Assembly: GCA_964454615.1 (NCBI GenBank)
Contig: CAYVTP010000004.1
Location: 1 to 51,501 of the forward strand
Reading direction: 5' to 3'
Source: an uncultured Acidimicrobiaceae bacterium
Lineage (GTDB): Bacteria > Actinomycetota > Acidimicrobiia > Spongiisociales > ZC4RG35
Length of the DNA stretch: 51,501 nucleotides
Shown here: piece after piece, positions 1-8,855 of the stretch
How the letters are laid out: each line of letters begins with the position of its first letter
Position numbering within the stretch: the stretch's first letter is position 1
Made by a program: the position numbers and the translations under genes
Notes under the pieces: model-generated
Told to the model about the DNA's origin: nothing
Seen by the model: only the letters and a program-made list of their open reading frames with translations
The model's database searches: none

Positions 1-342
1 GGACCGGGCAGCCTCCTCACAGACCTCGTTGAGAGCTTCCAGACCCTCGACTCCGAGCCCTACACCCGCCCAGAACACCGTCGCCTTCCGCGGATTGGGG
101 AACGCTCCAAAACCATCGAGTCCCAGCCGGAACGGCTCGACCTCACCGAGCGCTCCTAGCCCATGGAGGAAACGCTCGTAGGTGATCGAGTCGACGGTCC
201 CGAGAAAGCGCAGGGTGATGTGCCAGTCCTCTGGGGGCACCACCCTTCCCGGGATACCGAGATCCTTGATCTTCTCCTCGAGCTGGAGCCGAACCTCGGC
301 CGGGATCGGGACCGCGGCAAAGACCCTGCCTACTGATTCCAC
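1..342 (-). CDS. thpR: RNA 2',3'-cyclic phosphodiesterase (ThpR/LigT, 2H phosphoesterase), partial; the 3' end runs off the window
   Basis: My own minus-strand translation gives VESVGRVFAAVPIPAEVRLQLEEKIKDLGIPGRVVPPEDWHITLRFLG..., which contains the HxTL motif of 2H phosphoesterases. A GTG at 342..340 overlaps the cinA end. This ORF is not in the track because it is open at the window edge. Confidence 0.55.
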   Translation of the reverse strand, partial: MESVGRVFAAVPIPAEVRLQLEEKIKDLGIPGRVVPPEDWHITLRFLGTVDSITYERFLHGLGALGEVEPFRLGLDGFGAFPNPRKATVFWAGVGLGVEGLEALNEVCEEAARS

Positions 343-1565
343 CAGGACCCGATCAACGCCCGTCGGGTGAGCTGCAATGCGGCGGTGACCGCAAAGGCTC
401 TCACCACTTCCCTGTCGCCGACGATCACCAGGCGTCGGGACATCACCTTTTCGGGGGTCGCCACCGCGATATAGAAGGTTCCGGGCGGCTCCTCCAATGG
501 CTCCGGCCCGGCCGATCCGGTGACCGCCACGACTACGTCGGCACCGAGCAGGTCACGGGCCCCGATCGCCATGCGCTCCGCCACTTCGGCTGTAACCACC
601 TGGGCGACGTCGGCCACTCCCAACAGCCTCTCTTTGAGCCCGGCGTCGTATGCCACCAACCCGCCCCTGACCACATCCGATGACCCCGGGATCGACGTGA
701 GGGCGGCCGCAACCAGCCCCCCGGTCATCGACTCCGCCGTGGCGATGGTCAGTTCCTGGTTGCGTAGGAGGGCGAGGAGGATCTGCTGGATGGTCTCCTC
801 GTCGGCGCCGAAGACGAGATCGCCGAGCCTCTGTCGCACCTCTTGCTCGACCGGAGCGATCATCGCCTCGGCCTTGCTCCGGTCGTCGGCCTTGGCGGTG
901 ATCCGCACCTTGATCTCCCCCGCCGATGCGAGGAAGGCGATCGACGGGTTGGTGGACTGGTAGAGGTCGTCGAGCATCTCGGCCACGGCGGACTCCCCCT
1001 GTCCCCAGGTGCGGATCAGGCGGCTGAGGAGGACGGTCTCGCCCTCGCCATTGCCGGTGACCAGCCGGGGCAGAACCTCAGCCTGGAGCAGGTAATCCAT
1101 CTCGGCAGGCACTCCCGGAACGCAGAAGATGGTCTTTCCTTCGAACGGGATCGCAAGCCCGGGTGCGGTGCCCCTTGGGTTGGCGAGCATCTCGGCTCCT
1201 TCGGGATACTCGGCCTGTTTCAGGTTCGACGCCGGCATGGATCGGCCTCTCGCTTCGAACCACTGGCGCAGATACTCGGCGTACTCCTCCGAGAACCGCA
1301 TCTCGAGACCGGTTGCATCGCACACCGCCTCGCGGGTCAAATCGTCCTGGGTGGGGCCGATTCCACCGGTGATGATGACCGCGTCCGAACGGCTCAACGC
1401 AAGCTTGATGGTGGCGGAGACCCTCCCCAGGTTGTCACCGACCACCTGCTGGTAATTGGCGTCGAGGCCACGCTCGGCGAGGGCCGATCCGATGGTGGCG
1501 GCGTTGGTGTTGACGATCTGACCGAGCAAGATCTCGGTGCCGACAGCAATAACTTCGACGATCAC
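330..1565 (-). CDS. cinA: CinA-family competence/damage-inducible protein (MoCF-binding domain plus nicotinamide-nucleotide amidohydrolase PncC domain)
   Basis: N-terminal VIAVGTEILLGQIVNTNA...ITGGIGPTQDD and C-terminal TAESMTGGLVAAALTSIPGSS. The likely start is GTG at 1565, forming a GTGA overlap with the rimO stop. The track ORF extends to 1622. Confidence 0.85.
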   Translation of the reverse strand: MIVEVIAVGTEILLGQIVNTNAATIGSALAERGLDANYQQVVGDNLGRVSATIKLALSRSDAVIITGGIGPTQDDLTREAVCDATGLEMRFSEEYAEYLRQWFEARGRSMPASNLKQAEYPEGAEMLANPRGTAPGLAIPFEGKTIFCVPGVPAEMDYLLQAEVLPRLVTGNGEGETVLLSRLIRTWGQGESAVAEMLDDLYQSTNPSIAFLASAGEIKVRITAKADDRSKAEAMIAPVEQEVRQRLGDLVFGADEETIQQILLALLRNQELTIATAESMTGGLVAAALTSIPGSSDVVRGGLVAYDAGLKERLLGVADVAQVVTAEVAERMAIGARDLLGADVVVAVTGSAGPEPLEEPPGTFYIAVATPEKVMSRRLVIVGDREVVRAFAVTAALQLTRRALIGSWWNQ

Positions 1566-2869
1566 AACACCATCGCCTCCATGTCGGGTCCGTAGACGCC
1601 CACATACTCGACTTCGACCCACTCCCCCGGTTCCCCTCGATCGAGCCGTACGACGCCATCGATCTCAGGCGCATGCCGGTACGACCTTCCCACCGGAACC
1701 CCGTCCTCGACCTGGTCGACCAGGACTCTGCCTGTCTCGCCGACCCAGGCATGGTTGCGGTCTTCGGTGATCTCCTCCTGAGTCGAGGAGAGCTGGCGGA
1801 GACGCTCCATCGTGATCTCCCGGGGAACCTGATCGCCCAACGTCGCCGCCGGCGTGCCCGGCTCGGCCGAGTAGGGAAAGAAGCCGGCCCAGTCCAACTG
1901 CGCCCCGTTCAAGAAGTCGTCGAGCTCGTCCACGTCTGCATCCGTCTCTCCCGGGAACCCGACGATGAACGACGACCTGAGAGCAGCCTGCGGAGTGAGT
2001 TCCCTGATCCGTGCGATAAGGGCCAGGTGCTTCTCGGTGTTGCCTGGTCGCTTCATCCCCCTGAGCAGTGTCTTCGAGACGTGCTGGAGCGAGAGGTCGA
2101 AGTAGGGGGCGACCACCGGGTTCGAGGCCATCTCCTCGAGAAGAGCCTCGCGGATCTCGCGGGGATGCAGGTAGAGCAGCCGGATCGTGTCCAGCCCTTC
2201 GACGTCGGAGACGAAGCGCAGCAGGTCGGGCAACCCTCCAGGGGCCTCGATGTCCCGCCCGTAGGCAGCCAGGTCCTGAGCGACCAACACCACCTCCCGA
2301 ACACCCGAGGCGACCAGGCCCTCGAGTTCGGCACGAATCTCGACAGGACGTCGGGACCGCTGCTTACCCCGGATCAACGGGATGGCGCAGAAGGTGCAGG
2401 GCTTGTCGCATCCTTCTGCCACTTTCAGGTAGGCATAGGGCAGTCCTGACACCGGACGACCCGTGGCATGGAGGATGTCCATGATGGGTCGACGCCGGAT
2501 CTCCACCGGCTCCCAACGGGTCAACCTGTCGAGAACTCCCACCAGTTCGCCGTAACGGTCGAGTCCGATTACGGCGTCGACCTCGGGCAGCGCCGACTCG
2601 ACCTCGGTCCCGAACCGCTGGGCCATGCACCCGATCACCACCGACCTGGCTCCCGGAGCCTTGCGGTCCTCCATCTCGAGGATGGTCTCCACCGACTCGG
2701 CTCGGGCCTCTTCGATGAAGGCACAGGTGTTGACCATCACCACGTCTGCCGTCTCCGGGGACTCAGCCCAGACGTAACCCGCCTCGGAAAGCATTGCCGT
2801 CACCTTCTCGGAGTCGACCTGGTTCTTGGCGCAGCCGAGCGTGGTCAGCCAGAGAGAAGGAGCCTGCAT
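1562..2869 (-). CDS. rimO: Ribosomal protein S12 methylthiotransferase, radical SAM (RimO type)
   Basis: N-terminal LTTLGCAKNQVDSE, radical-SAM CDKPCTFCAIP, and a C-terminal TRAM-like region. The position upstream of cinA is typical for actinobacteria. Confidence 0.85.
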   Translation of the reverse strand: MQAPSLWLTTLGCAKNQVDSEKVTAMLSEAGYVWAESPETADVVMVNTCAFIEEARAESVETILEMEDRKAPGARSVVIGCMAQRFGTEVESALPEVDAVIGLDRYGELVGVLDRLTRWEPVEIRRRPIMDILHATGRPVSGLPYAYLKVAEGCDKPCTFCAIPLIRGKQRSRRPVEIRAELEGLVASGVREVVLVAQDLAAYGRDIEAPGGLPDLLRFVSDVEGLDTIRLLYLHPREIREALLEEMASNPVVAPYFDLSLQHVSKTLLRGMKRPGNTEKHLALIARIRELTPQAALRSSFIVGFPGETDADVDELDDFLNGAQLDWAGFFPYSAEPGTPAATLGDQVPREITMERLRQLSSTQEEITEDRNHAWVGETGRVLVDQVEDGVPVGRSYRHAPEIDGVVRLDRGEPGEWVEVEYVGVYGPDMEAMVL

Positions 2870-2931
2870 CGGTGAGGAGAGTAGAGCCCGCTCGGCCGAA
2901 GATCGGCGAGGGGTCTGCCCACATCCTCGTT

Positions 2932-2976
2932 CCTTAGGATTGAACGGCCATATCTGGCCGGATGCGCCGACAGAAT
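2932..2976. repeat. Intergenic repeat A, copy 1 (45 bp); reverse complement of the copy at 4418..4462
   Basis: ccttaggattgaacggccatatctggccggatgcgccgacagaat matches the reverse complement of 4418..4462 at 39/45 positions (30/32 over the first 32). It contains the near-palindrome cggcca-tatc-tggccg. Confidence 0.85.
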
Positions 2977-2996
2977 GCCCACTCCCCTATCGGAAC

Positions 2997-3248
2997 TCAG
3001 CGGCTGCCCTCCACCACCGCCACCAGGTCAGGACTGTCGACCGCGTCGGCGAGGGCATCCCAGGTGGCGACGCTGACCGCACCCTCCGAATCGATCTCGG
3101 TGCACGCCAGGTGCACACAATCGGCCAGGCCCCCTAGGCGATGGTCGGCCTCGGCTGCCAGGGAGATGAAAGTCCTTGCCGCCGCGGAGTCGCCCCGTCC
3201 CAGCGCCCTTATCGCCTCCTCGGCGAAGGCCGCCGCCTTCGCTTCCAC
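2997..3248 (-). CDS. Hypothetical small protein (83 aa)
   Basis: The ORF starts 3 nt after the stop of the upstream GAPDH-like gene. The sequence is Ala/Asp-rich and protein-like (MEAKAAAFAEEAIRALGRGDSAAARTF...). I recognise no family. Confidence 0.45.
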   Translation of the reverse strand: MEAKAAAFAEEAIRALGRGDSAAARTFISLAAEADHRLGGLADCVHLACTEIDSEGAVSVATWDALADAVDSPDLVAVVEGSR

Positions 3249-3250
3249 GA

Positions 3251-4306
3251 TCAGATCTCAGTGAACAGGTAGCGGCGGAGGATGTCGATCCGCTGCTCGA
3301 CCGACTCAGGGTCGAGATACCAGAGCATGGCCGCCACCGTCGACAGCATCGGGTTGCCGTCCTGCGGTGTGAAGGAAAAGCCGACTATCTCGTTCCCGTC
3401 GCGGACCGCCAGCGTATCGAGCGAGACCACCGCCTGGCTCATGATCCTCCCGTAGTACCCGTGATCCCGGCCGAAGGAGAACACCTGGTTGGCCGATCTC
3501 TTGTGGGTGACGGCGAGGCGACGGTTCGAGCCGAGACGATCCCGCACCTCGTCCATGGTTATGTCCCGGTCGAGAGTCAACGAGAAGTGCAGCGAGTGCA
3601 TGTACTGCGTGTTCAACTTGATCGCCGACGAGTACAGGTTCAGATCGTGGCCGAGCGTCTTGTAGAGGTCGTGGGCGTCGCGGGCATGATGGGTCCCGAA
3701 CTGTTCGTCGCCGTGGCTTTCCACAGTCGGGCTGGCCACGAACCCGGAGTCCTGGGAGATGTCGTTCGCCCTCCGCATGCACAGGAACCGACCGTTTTCG
3801 AGGAGGCTGGTCCCGTCCGGGTCCATCGCCAGGGTCTTGATCGGGACCGCGATGCTGTGCGTGTTGCAGCTGACTATGTGAAGGAACTTGTCCTCACCGG
3901 CGACCAGAGCGATGTCGTTGATCCCCCGGGCGTACATCTTGCCGAACCCGTACTCGGATCCCTGCGCCATAAAGCCGACGGGCCCGTCGGCCCTCTCGTA
4001 GAACTCTTCCTTCATCTGGCTGCCCACTGGAGTGCAGTCGATGACCACGGTCGCCCGCTCGATGGCCTCTATGGTCTCGAACTTGGGCGAGTGCCCCAGC
4101 TCTTCGAAGTTGGCCTTCCGTTCGTCGTCGACGGCGAGGACCGCGCCCCGCCGCACCAGGTCGTTCACCTTTGCCCTCTCGGTGGCAAGAGGCGTCCTCT
4201 TGTGGAAGGTGACTTCGTCGATGCCGAAGTGTTCCTTGTTGTCGGCGAGGAGTCCGATCAACGGCTCCCCGATCGTGCCTGTGCCCACGACGTGGACGAT
4301 GTTCAT
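3251..4306 (-). CDS. Type II (archaeal-type) glyceraldehyde-3-phosphate dehydrogenase-like NAD(P) dehydrogenase
   Basis: The N-terminus VVGTGTIGEPL is Rossmann-like. VVIDCTPVG, VSCNTHS (archaeal GAPDH active-site context SCNT), THHARD and YMHSLHF are collinear with archaeal GAPDH as I recall it. The ATG at 4306 is preceded by GGAGGG 6 nt upstream. The track ORF starts at 4348. Confidence 0.6.
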   Translation of the reverse strand: MNIVHVVGTGTIGEPLIGLLADNKEHFGIDEVTFHKRTPLATERAKVNDLVRRGAVLAVDDERKANFEELGHSPKFETIEAIERATVVIDCTPVGSQMKEEFYERADGPVGFMAQGSEYGFGKMYARGINDIALVAGEDKFLHIVSCNTHSIAVPIKTLAMDPDGTSLLENGRFLCMRRANDISQDSGFVASPTVESHGDEQFGTHHARDAHDLYKTLGHDLNLYSSAIKLNTQYMHSLHFSLTLDRDITMDEVRDRLGSNRRLAVTHKRSANQVFSFGRDHGYYGRIMSQAVVSLDTLAVRDGNEIVGFSFTPQDGNPMLSTVAAMLWYLDPESVEQRIDILRRYLFTEI

Positions 4307-4417
4307 CGGATTCCCTCCAGATGCGAGATATGTGTTCAGCCTACCCAAATCGCGCAGGTCGGAAACCTCCCGGGAGACGGCACCGTCGATTCGGCTCCTC
4401 CGGAGGGCACATCACCG

Positions 4418-4462
4418 ATTCTGTTTCCGTATCCGGCCAGATCTGGCCGTCCAATCCTAAGG
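4418..4462. repeat. Intergenic repeat A, copy 2 (inverted relative to copy 1)
   Basis: attctgtttccgtatccggccagatctggccgtccaatcctaagg contains the perfect 16-bp palindrome cggccagatctggccg. Confidence 0.85.
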
Positions 4463-4470
4463 ATCGGGGA

Positions 4471-5760
4471 TTAGAACTGCTCTTCCTCGGTAGAACCCAC
4501 CAACGCCAGAGTCGACGAACTCCCACCCGACACGGTCTGGGAGACCAGATCGAAATATCCGGCACCCACCTCTCTCTGGTGTTTGGTGGCGGTGTATCCG
4601 TGCTCCTCCATGGCGAACTCCCGGTTCTGCAGCTCGACGTAGGCGGTCATCCCGTGTTCCGCATACCCGCGGGCCAGTTCGAACATGGATGCATTGAGGG
4701 CGTGGAAGCCGGCCAGGGTGATGAACTGATAGCGATACCCCATGGCCCCCAACTCCTTCTGGAAGCGGGCGATGGTGTCCTCGTCGAGGTGGGCCGACCA
4801 GTTGAAAGAGGGTGAGCAGTTGTAGGCCAGCATCTTCCCCGGGTACTCGGCGTGGATCGCATCGGCGAAGGTCCTGGCCTCCTCCAAGTCGGGTTTGGCG
4901 GTCTCACACCAGATCAGGTCGCAGTACGGTGCGTAGGCCAGGCCCCTGGCGATAGCCGAGTCGAGCCCCCCGGTCACCCGGTGGAAGCCCTCCGGTGTCC
5001 TCTCCCCGACGATGAACCGACGGTCACGCTCGTCGACATCAGTGGTGATCAGCGTGGCCGAATTGGCGTCGGTGCGGGCAACGATGATCGTGGGGACGCC
5101 CATGACGTCGGAGGCGAGGCGGGCCGCCTGGAGCGAGCGGATGTGCTGGCCGGTGGGGACCAGGACCTTCCCTCCCATGTGCCCGCACTTCTTCTCTGCG
5201 GCAAGCTGGTCCTCGAGGTGGACGCCGGCGGCGCCAGCCTCGATGAACCCTTTGACCAGTTCGAAGACGTTGAGAGCTCCCCCGAACCCCGCCTCGGCAT
5301 CGGCCACGATCGGCACGAACCAGTCGATGTCGTCGCCGCCTTCGGCCCAGTTCACTTGATCTGCCCGTCTCAGGGCGTTGTTGATACGCCGCACCATCGC
5401 TGGGGCCGAGTTCGCCGGGTAGAGCGACTGGTCGGGGTACACCTCGCCGGCCAGGTTTCCGTCACCGGCGACCTGCCATCCCGACAGGTAAATCGACTTG
5501 AGGCCGGCCTTGACCATCTGCACCGCCTGGCCGCCGCTGAGGGCGCCGAGTGCGTTGACGTAGTCCTCCGCGTCGAGCATCTCCCACAGCTTCTGGGAAG
5601 TGCGGTACGCCAACGTGTGCTGCTCGCGAACACTCCCCTGGAGACGGATGACCTCCTCGGCGATGTAGTCCCGGACGATCCCGCGCCAGCGGGGGTTGTT
5701 CCTCCAGTCTTCGGCGAGACGGGCAGCTTCACTGGCGATGCGATCCACGGTGGCCTCCAT
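4471..5760 (-). CDS. aceA: Isocitrate lyase
   Basis: KKCGHMGGK signature, 429 aa, full-length ICL-like sequence. The start overlaps the aceB stop by 1 nt. Confidence 0.95.
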   Translation of the reverse strand: MEATVDRIASEAARLAEDWRNNPRWRGIVRDYIAEEVIRLQGSVREQHTLAYRTSQKLWEMLDAEDYVNALGALSGGQAVQMVKAGLKSIYLSGWQVAGDGNLAGEVYPDQSLYPANSAPAMVRRINNALRRADQVNWAEGGDDIDWFVPIVADAEAGFGGALNVFELVKGFIEAGAAGVHLEDQLAAEKKCGHMGGKVLVPTGQHIRSLQAARLASDVMGVPTIIVARTDANSATLITTDVDERDRRFIVGERTPEGFHRVTGGLDSAIARGLAYAPYCDLIWCETAKPDLEEARTFADAIHAEYPGKMLAYNCSPSFNWSAHLDEDTIARFQKELGAMGYRYQFITLAGFHALNASMFELARGYAEHGMTAYVELQNREFAMEEHGYTATKHQREVGAGYFDLVSQTVSGGSSSTLALVGSTEEEQF

Positions 5761-7313
5761 CAGTTGATCAGTTCGTATGCGGGCAGAGTCAGGAAGTCGA
5801 CGAACTCGTCGGAGAGCGCCACCTCCTCGAAGACTTTCCGGGCGGTATGGATGTGCTGGGAGTGAGGAGCCTCGTCCACTTCGGCCACCATGCGGTCGGC
5901 GAGAGCGGCGACCATCGCCTCGTCGATCGGCTCACCTTCGGAGGTGGTGACCCCATGGTGGACCCACTGCCAGATCTGGGATCTGGAGATCTCGGCGGTG
6001 GCCACATCTTCCATCAGGTTGTCCAGGGCGACGGCGCCGGTACCACCCAGCCAGGCGGCCAGGTAGCGGATCCCAACCGACACGTTGGCGGCGACACCGT
6101 CCGGGGTCACTTCGCCGGGGAAGTCGAGATCGAGGAGATCGCTTGCCGACACCGTGCCGTCGACGGACGGCCGGTCGATCTGGTTGGGTCGGTCGCCCAA
6201 CACCTTGTCGAACTCGGCCATGGCAACGGGCACCAGGTCGGGGTGGGCCACCCATGTCCCGTCGAACCCCATCCCGGCCTCCCGGGCCTTGTCGGCCGCC
6301 ACCGCCGAGAAGGCGGCCTGGGTCACCTCGGGATCGCGGCGGTTGGGCACGAAGGCCGCCATTCCGCCCATGGCGTGGGCGCCGCGACGGTGACATGTCT
6401 CGACGAGCAGCCGCGTGTATGCCCTCATGAACGGGACCCCCATCGTCACCTGTGCCCTGTCGGGGAGCACGAAGGCCGGGTCGTTTCGGAACGTCTTGAT
6501 CATCGAGAAGATGTAGTCCCACCGGCCGGCGTTCAAACCCGCGGCGTGGTCCCGAAGCTCGAAGAGGATCTCGTCCATCTCGAAGGCCGCATGGATGGTC
6601 TCGATGAGGACGGTCGCCTTGATCGTCCCATGCGGGATTCCCAACTGCTCCTGACACCACACGAAGACGTCGTTCCAAAGGCGCGCCTCGATGTGCGACT
6701 CCAGCTTGGGCAGGTAGAGGTATGGACCGGTCCCGGCGGCCAGTGCCTCACGGCCCCCGTGGAACATGTAGAGGCCGAAGTCGAACAGCGAGGCCGACAT
6801 CGGCCGGCCATCGACCAGGAAGTGGTTCTCGGGGAGATGCCATCCCCGGGGCCTCACCACCAGGGTGGCCGGGTCGTCGGCTATGCGGTATGACCGGTCC
6901 CCGGTGTCGACCGTCAATGTGCCCCTGTAGGCATCGATCAGGTTGGCCTGCCCGCCGAGCAGGTTCTCCCAGGTGGGAGAGGTGGCATCTTCGAAATCGG
7001 CCATGAACAGCCGGGCGCCCGAGTTGAGGGCGTTGATCATCATCTTGGCCTCGACCGGGCCGGTGATCTCGACCCGGCGGTCGTGGAGGTCCTCGGGGAT
7101 CGGGGCTATGTGCCAATCGCTCTCCCTCACTCCGGACGTTTCCTCCAGGAAGTCGAGGCTGCGTCCGGATTCGATCTCCTGTTGCCTGACATGGCGGGAT
7201 TGAAGAACCTGGCCGCGGCGCCATCCGAATTCGTTCTCCAGATCGACGAGGAACGCCACCGCCTCCGAGGAAAGGATCCCCCTCTCCAGTGGAGAGTCCT
7301 GAAACTGGTTCAT
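5760..7313 (-). CDS. aceB: Malate synthase A
   Basis: [35 protein letters not shown] and downstream malate synthase A blocks. The start is chosen at MNQFQDSPL (7313); the track ORF extends to 7415 through low-complexity upstream sequence. Confidence 0.9.
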   Translation of the reverse strand: MNQFQDSPLERGILSSEAVAFLVDLENEFGWRRGQVLQSRHVRQQEIESGRSLDFLEETSGVRESDWHIAPIPEDLHDRRVEITGPVEAKMMINALNSGARLFMADFEDATSPTWENLLGGQANLIDAYRGTLTVDTGDRSYRIADDPATLVVRPRGWHLPENHFLVDGRPMSASLFDFGLYMFHGGREALAAGTGPYLYLPKLESHIEARLWNDVFVWCQEQLGIPHGTIKATVLIETIHAAFEMDEILFELRDHAAGLNAGRWDYIFSMIKTFRNDPAFVLPDRAQVTMGVPFMRAYTRLLVETCHRRGAHAMGGMAAFVPNRRDPEVTQAAFSAVAADKAREAGMGFDGTWVAHPDLVPVAMAEFDKVLGDRPNQIDRPSVDGTVSASDLLDLDFPGEVTPDGVAANVSVGIRYLAAWLGGTGAVALDNLMEDVATAEISRSQIWQWVHHGVTTSEGEPIDEAMVAALADRMVAEVDEAPHSQHIHTARKVFEEVALSDEFVDFLTLPAYELIN

Positions 7314-7361
7314 AAGATGGAAGTATCTTGGGTGCTTGCCTGTCAGTCTGCTCTTTCCTCT

Positions 7362-7383
7362 TATAAGATCGCAAGTTCTTATA
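7362..7383. promoter_or_regulatory. Candidate operator palindrome in the aceB/ramB divergent intergenic region
   Basis: tataaga-tcgcaagt-tcttata has 7-bp inverted arms. The core GCAAGTT resembles the RamB box (AACTTTGCAAA, as recalled) read on the other strand. It lies in the only AT-richer stretch between the divergent starts. Confidence 0.35.
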
Positions 7384-7396
7384 GTCAGACTCAACA

Positions 7397-8845
7397 TTGC
7401 CCGAATCTCCAACACCTGACCCTCTCGTTTTCGGCAGGAGGCTCCGTCACCACCGACGCCGGGCCGGCCTGACCCTCGACCAGCTCGGCGAGCGTGTCGG
7501 AAAGCCCGGGTCCTATCTCTCCCTGGTCGAGAACGGCAAGAAGGAGCCCCGGGTCCAGCTGGTCGTGGCCATTGCGGCGGCCATCGACGTCGACGTGTCG
7601 GAGCTCCTCGACCCGACCCCTCCCAGCCGCAGGGACGCCCTGGAGATCGCCCTGGCCAGGGCCCAGGACAGCGCCCTGTTCGAGAGTCTCGACCTCCCCC
7701 ATGTGAAGCCAGGAGCGAGGATGGACAACGAGACCTTGACCCACCTGGTCGGGCTCCACGAGGCGCTTCGGCAGCGTTCCGGCCTCGACACCGCCGGGTC
7801 TGAGGAGGTGCGCCGATCGAACGCCGCAGTCCACCGGCTCTTGGAGGATGCCGGTGGATACCTCCAACCCATCGAACAAGCCGCCGCTGCGGCCCTGACC
7901 AGGGTGGGACACGCGGGCACCGGGCCTTTCTCCTCCCGGAACCTGCTCGACCTGGTGTCCAAGACAGGACTCGAACTGGAGCCGATCCACGACATGCCCG
8001 GGTTCGCCCGCTCCATCGTCGATCTCGACGACCGCCGCATCTACATCGCGCAGCGGAACGAGCTCCGGACCCGTCAGGCGCGTAAGGCGGTGCTCCAGAC
8101 CCTGGCCGGATTCATCCTCGGCCACGAGACCGGCCCCGACCTCGACACCTTCCTTACCCAGAGGATGGAGACCGCCTACTTCGCAGCCGCAGTTCTCATC
8201 CCCGAGCAGATGGCAGTGGCCCACCTCGAGGAGGCAAAGGGCCATCACGACCTCGACCCGGAGGATGTGAAGGAGTTGTTCTACGTGTCATACGAGATGG
8301 CAGCGTGGAGGATGGCAAACCTTCTCCCCCGCCACCTAGACATCCCCTGCCATTTGGTGGTCAGCGACGAGGTGGGCTCGGTGGTCAAGGGAATGATCCT
8401 CGACGGGGCCCCGGTGCCCCGGGACCAGGAAGGCGGCATAGAGACCCAGCGTCTGTGTCGGAGGTGGGGCTCGCGGGTCACCTTCGAGTCTGAAGACCGC
8501 TACACCACCCACCGTCAGTACACCGACACCCCGCCGGGCACATACTTTTGCACCACCCACATCGAGGAGGGACGGGAGCCCCCGCATGCTGTGACCCTGG
8601 GTGTCCGCTTCCAGGACGCACGCTGGTTCCGCGGCCGGGAGACCGAGAACCGGGAGACATCCACCTGTCCCGACCCCACCTGCTGCCGACATCCAGCCCC
8701 TGAGCTCGCCGAACGGTTCGGCGACTCGATCCTGGTGTCAGCAAGATCCCAGTCCAGGATCCTGGGCCTGATGGCTCCCGACCCGTATCCGGAGACCGAC
8801 CTGCCCGCGGTGTACAGGGTGGTGGAGCGACACTCGGGCCGTTAG
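7397..8845 (+). CDS. ramB: RamB/ScfR-type transcriptional regulator (XRE HTH plus ImmA/IrrE-like/DUF2083 region)
   Basis: N-terminal HTH FGRRLRHHRRRAGLTLDQLGERVGKPGSYLSLVENGKKEP, about 480 aa, divergent from aceB-aceA as in Corynebacterium and Mycobacterium. The TTG start is uncertain. Confidence 0.75.
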   Translation: MPESPTPDPLVFGRRLRHHRRRAGLTLDQLGERVGKPGSYLSLVENGKKEPRVQLVVAIAAAIDVDVSELLDPTPPSRRDALEIALARAQDSALFESLDLPHVKPGARMDNETLTHLVGLHEALRQRSGLDTAGSEEVRRSNAAVHRLLEDAGGYLQPIEQAAAAALTRVGHAGTGPFSSRNLLDLVSKTGLELEPIHDMPGFARSIVDLDDRRIYIAQRNELRTRQARKAVLQTLAGFILGHETGPDLDTFLTQRMETAYFAAAVLIPEQMAVAHLEEAKGHHDLDPEDVKELFYVSYEMAAWRMANLLPRHLDIPCHLVVSDEVGSVVKGMILDGAPVPRDQEGGIETQRLCRRWGSRVTFESEDRYTTHRQYTDTPPGTYFCTTHIEEGREPPHAVTLGVRFQDARWFRGRETENRETSTCPDPTCCRHPAPELAERFGDSILVSARSQSRILGLMAPDPYPETDLPAVYRVVERHSGR

Positions 8846-8855
8846 CCGGCTCGCC

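Noticed and set aside
3176-4474. 432-aa plus-strand ORF antisense to the GAPDH-like gene
   Set aside because: The composition is Arg/Pro/Val-rich with no motifs. The opposite strand carries a recognisable enzyme with a good ribosome-binding site.
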